NCBI GenBank assembly: GCA_005222975.1 | Contig: NJBI01000001.1 | Coordinates: 64,001-128,000 of the forward strand | Reading direction: 5' to 3' | Length of the DNA stretch: 64,000 nucleotides | Source: Promethearchaeota archaeon Loki_b31 | GTDB lineage: Archaea > Asgardarchaeota > Lokiarchaeia > Sigyniarchaeales > SOKP01 | Part shown: in pieces, positions 59,812 to 64,000 of the stretch | Layout of the letters: each line of letters starts with the position of its first letter | Numbering within the stretch: position 1 is the stretch's first letter | Notes under the pieces: generated by a model | Told to the model about the DNA's origin: nothing | The model's database searches: none | Seen by the model: the letters and a program-made list of their open reading frames with translations, nothing else | Translations under genes and position numbers: made by a program

Positions 59812-60807
59812 ATGGTACAAGACTTAATCACCATCGAAACTGGGAAGATTAACGAGTATTTATATCATATAGATGTAAAAGCTTACGGAACGCCTCGAAT
59901 GCTTTCTATTTTCGTCGGACAATTTGACAATTGTTCTGTTTTAATCGATTGCGGCTCGTCATTAGATACGAAGAAATTAATTAGATTTTTAAAAAAGCTG
60001 AAAATCGACTTATCTTCGTTTAAATACCTCATCACAACTCATCACCATTTCGATCATAACGGTGGGCTATGGCAACTTTACGAGATTTTAAAGGATTACA
60101 ACCCCGAAGTTAAAATCCTTACAAACCAAAAAACTAAAGAATTACTTAACAATTACGAAGAGCATTTGGCTCGTGGAAAGCGAACTTATGGAAATTTAAT
60201 AGGTTCGATGAAACCTATTGAGGAAAGTGCATTTCAAATAGTAGATCCTAGCATAAACTTCAATTCAGAAGCAAACAAACTCGATTTTATCGATTCTTTT
60301 ACGATTAATGGTTCAGAAGTTAAATTAGGTATTTTAAAAACTCCAGGACACACTCCAGACCACCAATGTCCTATATTTGTTAAGGATAATTTAATTGACT
60401 TTATACAACTTGGAGAAAGCGTGGGTACAATTTACCACTCTTCAGAATTAATAACTATGCCAACATCTATGCCAACTTATTATAATCACGAAGAATATAT
60501 GCCAACTTTAAGAAACCTTAAGAATTTATTTCCCACCAAAGCTGGCTTCGGCCATTTTGGAGTTATTAATGGAAAAGAAAACTTTCGGAAAATACTATTA
60601 GAGCACGAAGCTTTTATGAAAGAATTTAGAGAAGCGATAATTAAATTTTACAGTAAAAAACCAGAAACGAGATATGTACTCGAGCAAATCATGCCAATGT
60701 TAATCTCAAGAACCGATTTATCAATTGTGGATAATCCCGTTTTTAACGGTATTGCATTAGGCATAGTATACGGCATGATGATGGATCTAGGATATCGCAA
60801 TGAATGA
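59812..60807 (+). CDS. MBL-fold metallo-hydrolase
   Basis: LIDCG, THHHFDHNGG, TPGHTPDH, FGHFG. Confidence 0.9.
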   Translation: MVQDLITIETGKINEYLYHIDVKAYGTPRMLSIFVGQFDNCSVLIDCGSSLDTKKLIRFLKKLKIDLSSFKYLITTHHHFDHNGGLWQLYEILKDYNPEVKILTNQKTKELLNNYEEHLARGKRTYGNLIGSMKPIEESAFQIVDPSINFNSEANKLDFIDSFTINGSEVKLGILKTPGHTPDHQCPIFVKDNLIDFIQLGESVGTIYHSSELITMPTSMPTYYNHEEYMPTLRNLKNLFPTKAGFGHFGVINGKENFRKILLEHEAFMKEFREAIIKFYSKKPETRYVLEQIMPMLISRTDLSIVDNPVFNGIALGIVYGMMMDLGYRNE

Positions 60808-60858
60808 TTTTATAATTTTTCAAAAAATTCTAATTTATAATAAACATAACATCTTATA

Positions 60859-62067
60859 ATGGAAGAAAGAAATTTCGAAAATTTTGATTTATGCGTTGTT
60901 GGTGCAAGTATTGCAGGAAATTATTTAGCTTATTTATTGTCTAAATCAAACATGCAAATTGTTGTTATCGAGGAACACAAAGATATTGGCTTACCGTTTC
61001 AATGTGCTGGAATTATTTCTCAAAAATTAAGTCAATTAATAAAGCTTCCTGAAGAGATCGTACTAAATCGAGTTAAGACGGCAAAAATTCATAATCCCTC
61101 GGGAAATTTCATTAAACTTTCTGGTAACGAACACCCTTATGTAATCGATAGAATTGCTCTAGATCGCTTATATTACGGTAAAAATAAAAACGCTACAAAT
61201 ATCACTTACTATCTTGGCGAAAGATTTAAATCTTTTAAATACAGCGTAGAAAATAGCCAGAAATGTGTGCTAATTGATACATCTAAACGATTGATAAAAG
61301 CTAAGATGCTTATCGGGTGTGACGGGCCGTTAACTTCGGTAGGAAAACACTTAAAAGTGAAGAATAAGGTTCTTTTTGCCGCTCAAATTAGAGTTAAAGG
61401 CAATTTTGACGAAAACGAAGCAGTTATGTACTTCCACCCTCTATGGAAACAATTATTTGGGTGGATTGTACCCGAGGGTAATAATGTTTACCGAATCGGC
61501 ATAGCATCTTCTAAAAGAGTAAAAGATTGTTTTCATATTTATTTAAAGAAACTAGGCATAGATATCAACAATAAGATAGATCAGCAAGGAGGGATTATTC
61601 CGTACGGAATTATGAATAAAAGTGCTTTTAAGAACGTTTTATTGTTAGGGGACGCAGCAGGGCAAGTTAAAGCTACAACAGGAGGAGGTATTGTCATGTT
61701 ATTGACTGCTGCGAAGCACGCTTCAAATTGCGTTAAACTTAGTTTCAAACAGAATAATTTTTCAAAAAGGTTTATTAAAAAGCATTATGAAAAGCCTTGT
61801 ATGAGAACAATCGGTAAAGAATTAAAGCTTCATTACATTATACGGCTTATTTTAGAAAGACTAACAAACAAAGATTTCGAAGTTTTCTTTAAAATAGTAA
61901 AAGAAAATAAAATTGAGCATATTATTACGCTCTATGGCGATATGGATTTCCCAAAAGATTTAATTTTCAAGTTATTAAAAAACCCCTTAGTTTTTACTTT
62001 TTTAATCAAATTTTCATTAAAAAACCCTTATATTTTTATCAAATTATTAAAGAAATTCATACTTTAA
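60859..62067 (+). CDS. Geranylgeranyl reductase family flavoprotein
   Basis: VVGASIAG, P.QCAG, IDR..LDR, GCDG, FGWIVP, GDAAGQVKATTGGGI. Confidence 0.88.
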   Translation: MEERNFENFDLCVVGASIAGNYLAYLLSKSNMQIVVIEEHKDIGLPFQCAGIISQKLSQLIKLPEEIVLNRVKTAKIHNPSGNFIKLSGNEHPYVIDRIALDRLYYGKNKNATNITYYLGERFKSFKYSVENSQKCVLIDTSKRLIKAKMLIGCDGPLTSVGKHLKVKNKVLFAAQIRVKGNFDENEAVMYFHPLWKQLFGWIVPEGNNVYRIGIASSKRVKDCFHIYLKKLGIDINNKIDQQGGIIPYGIMNKSAFKNVLLLGDAAGQVKATTGGGIVMLLTAAKHASNCVKLSFKQNNFSKRFIKKHYEKPCMRTIGKELKLHYIIRLILERLTNKDFEVFFKIVKENKIEHIITLYGDMDFPKDLIFKLLKNPLVFTFLIKFSLKNPYIFIKLLKKFIL

Positions 62068-62234
62068 AAATTATTAAAGTTTTTCTATGAATGTTGCGAG
62101 GAGAATAGTCTTGATATTAAGTAGTGATTAATAAAAATCCTCCTTGTTAAAAATATCAGATTTTATAATAGCTCTCTCAAGAAAGCTTTATACATCATAG
62201 TTAATTCTTAAATCGTATTTTAAGAGTAAAATTA

Positions 62235-63074
62235 TTATTCTATAGAGGGAGGTCCTTGTTTAACTCGATTAAGTAATTGATTAAGATCTGGTGATGACCA
62301 AATCGATTCAATCCACCATGTTGCTCCTGCTTCAGTGTAGGGTCTAACAATAGAACTGGCTAGCTCTGAGTCATTTCCGGGAGTCTCACCTTCTATTATT
62401 ATGTCAAATGGGGATTTTAACGAGCGTTGTTCTTCAATGAAGTTTTTAATTTCATAAATATGTTCTGGTGTTACTTTTTCAAATTTACCTTGCTTAGTCT
62501 TTATTGTTGGAATTATCCCATCATATTTTAATACTCTCTGCATGGATTTTTTCCATGGCCATGCACCTACAACCCATATTGGAATTCTTGGATACTGAAT
62601 TAATTCTGGTTGAGGATGTCTTTTGAAAAAAGCACATTCTTTAAGGTTCTTTATTCGATAGTGCTGACCTTTATAATTTGACAGCTCTCTATTCCACAAT
62701 CCATTTATAATATCTAATCCTTCATCCAGTAACTGTGCGCGAGTTTTTCGATCAATTTCTTCCCCAAATACTTCAAAACCAGTATCTACAGCACCTAAGC
62801 CAACACAAAGATTTATTCGACCATTTGATAAAATATCAAGAGTAATTGCTTCACTAGCTAATTTCCAAGGGCGCATTCTTGATACTGGACTGAGTAAGGT
62901 TCCAAGACGTATTCTTTCTGTTTGCACAGCTATAGCTGCCAATGTGACCCAAGCATCAATACCATAAGTCGGTTCCCAAACAAAAAAAGCGTCCCACCCT
63001 ACTTCTTCAGCGACCTTAGCAAATTCGATAGCTTTAAGAACATCAGCATGAGGAAAAACAAATCCATATTTCAT
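62235..63074 (-). CDS. LLM-class (luciferase-like) flavin-dependent oxidoreductase
   Basis: AEEVGWD, DAWVTLAAIAVQTERIRLGT, LDILSNGR...GLG, P.IPIWV. Confidence 0.9.
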   Translation of the reverse strand: MKYGFVFPHADVLKAIEFAKVAEEVGWDAFFVWEPTYGIDAWVTLAAIAVQTERIRLGTLLSPVSRMRPWKLASEAITLDILSNGRINLCVGLGAVDTGFEVFGEEIDRKTRAQLLDEGLDIINGLWNRELSNYKGQHYRIKNLKECAFFKRHPQPELIQYPRIPIWVVGAWPWKKSMQRVLKYDGIIPTIKTKQGKFEKVTPEHIYEIKNFIEEQRSLKSPFDIIIEGETPGNDSELASSIVRPYTEAGATWWIESIWSSPDLNQLLNRVKQGPPSIE

Positions 63075-63323
63075 TAGAATCCTCTAAATGGGCTCTAGTT
63101 TTATTGTATAGAAAAATATTATAAAGCGTAACAATTTTAAAGAATAATAAAATTAAAATCTTTTTCTATAACAATTTATTTCCATAATTTTATTACTAAA
63201 AAATAAATTTTTATCTATTTCCATTCTGATTCCTCATTGTCCAAATATGGTTAAGAATAAAGATTAGAAGATGAGTTGGTAAATACTTATATATGACTTA
63301 AACCTTGTGGTATTTAATTAAAT

Positions 63324-63480
63324 TTTATTAAAAAGCATTAAGAAAAGCCTTGCTCGAAAGCAATTATTACCTATTATATGACATTCATACGATAACTTTC
63401 ATATTTTAAGGATCATTTTTTTTTATATCTTTATTAAAAAACCCTAATATTTTTATCAAATTATTGAAGATATTAACTAA
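63324..63480 (+). pseudogene. Decayed remnant of the 3' end of the geranylgeranyl reductase gene
   Basis: 63324-63352 matches 61771-61799 (28/29 nt) and 63433-63474 matches 62016-62057 (39/42 nt), in the same order and strand. Confidence 0.75.
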
Positions 63481-63517
63481 GTGAAATTTAAGCGGTTAAA
63501 TTTAAAGGAGAATTATT

Positions 63518-64000
63518 ATGAATAGTAGAGAAAGAATACTTTCGGTTTTAAATTTTGAAGAACCGGATAAAGTACCCTCTTTTGAGATGTCAATCGATAA
63601 TTTCAAAATATGTGAACACTTTAACGAGGATTATGTATTTCAAGGAATGGCAAAAAGTTATAATGACACATACGATTTATGTCAAGGAGATACAGACGCT
63701 TTAACTAAAACTATTCTAATGGCTACGGAAACGAGATCGTATATGAAAACTACTATGAATAAGCATGTGAATTTGTATAATAAGCTTGGAATCGACCTAG
63801 CAATTGTTCCACTTACAGGCTATGTTCTTTTCCCTATAAGCTGTGATAGAACGAGTTTTACTGACGAACATGGAAGAGTTTTCGATGTAAGAAAAAACCC
63901 TTCAGATGGTATGGATATGGCATATTATAGGGGTGGCGCATTTAAAAGTTTTGAAGAATTTGAATCGTTTCCGCCCTTAGAAGTTAACACTCCCCGAAGA
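63518..64000 (+). CDS. Uroporphyrinogen decarboxylase / MtaA-CmuA methyltransferase family protein (5' part; runs off the window)
   Basis: MNSRERILSVLNFEEPDKVP start, LGID, FTDEHGRV; AAGGAG upstream; not in the ORF track. Confidence 0.8.
   Translation, partial: MNSRERILSVLNFEEPDKVPSFEMSIDNFKICEHFNEDYVFQGMAKSYNDTYDLCQGDTDALTKTILMATETRSYMKTTMNKHVNLYNKLGIDLAIVPLTGYVLFPISCDRTSFTDEHGRVFDVRKNPSDGMDMAYYRGGAFKSFEEFESFPPLEVNTPRR

Noticed and set aside
1-64000. CRISPR arrays, tRNA/rRNA genes, IS elements, proviral genes, diversity-generating retroelement
   Set aside because: No regularly spaced repeats, no GC-rich structured RNA-like islands, and no transposase, integrase or reverse transcriptase motifs. 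Paralog differences are not adenine-specific. A covariance-model scan was not possible.

Overview
AT-rich (roughly 30% GC by eye), gene-dense archaeal chromosome segment. The content points to an Asgard archaeon, most likely Lokiarchaeia: four Rab/Ras-like small GTPases (one fused to a longin domain), several longin domains, a V4R protein, a gelsolin-domain protein, an ESCRT-II (Vps22/EAP30)-like protein, tetraether synthase, geranylgeranyl reductase and beta-oxidation enzymes. I found no rRNA, tRNA, CRISPR array, integrase or transposase. Main candidates for new biology: (1) a membrane-anchored single-chain protein with two Vps22/EAP30-like modules (17836-19530); (2) a 17-kb co-oriented array of five surface glycoproteins whose six transmembrane modules all end in one conserved basic cytoplasmic tail, followed by gelsolin-domain, TPR-like and longin genes (37757-54898); (3) an MFS-fold transporter fused to a longin domain, flanked by three LMW phosphatases with the pArg-type P-loop Thr (29160-32684); (4) an unnamed C-terminal helical domain shared by two otherwise unrelated proteins 44 kb apart. 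Also noted: a two-domain PlsC acyltransferase missing from the ORF track, two tandem Spinster-like MFS genes each broken by one in-frame stop, a recent Rab duplication with a G3 D->E change, an enoyl-CoA hydratase carrying a DnaJ-type zinc finger, and a decayed copy of the GGR 3' end. All family assignments come from motif recognition by eye; no searches were run.
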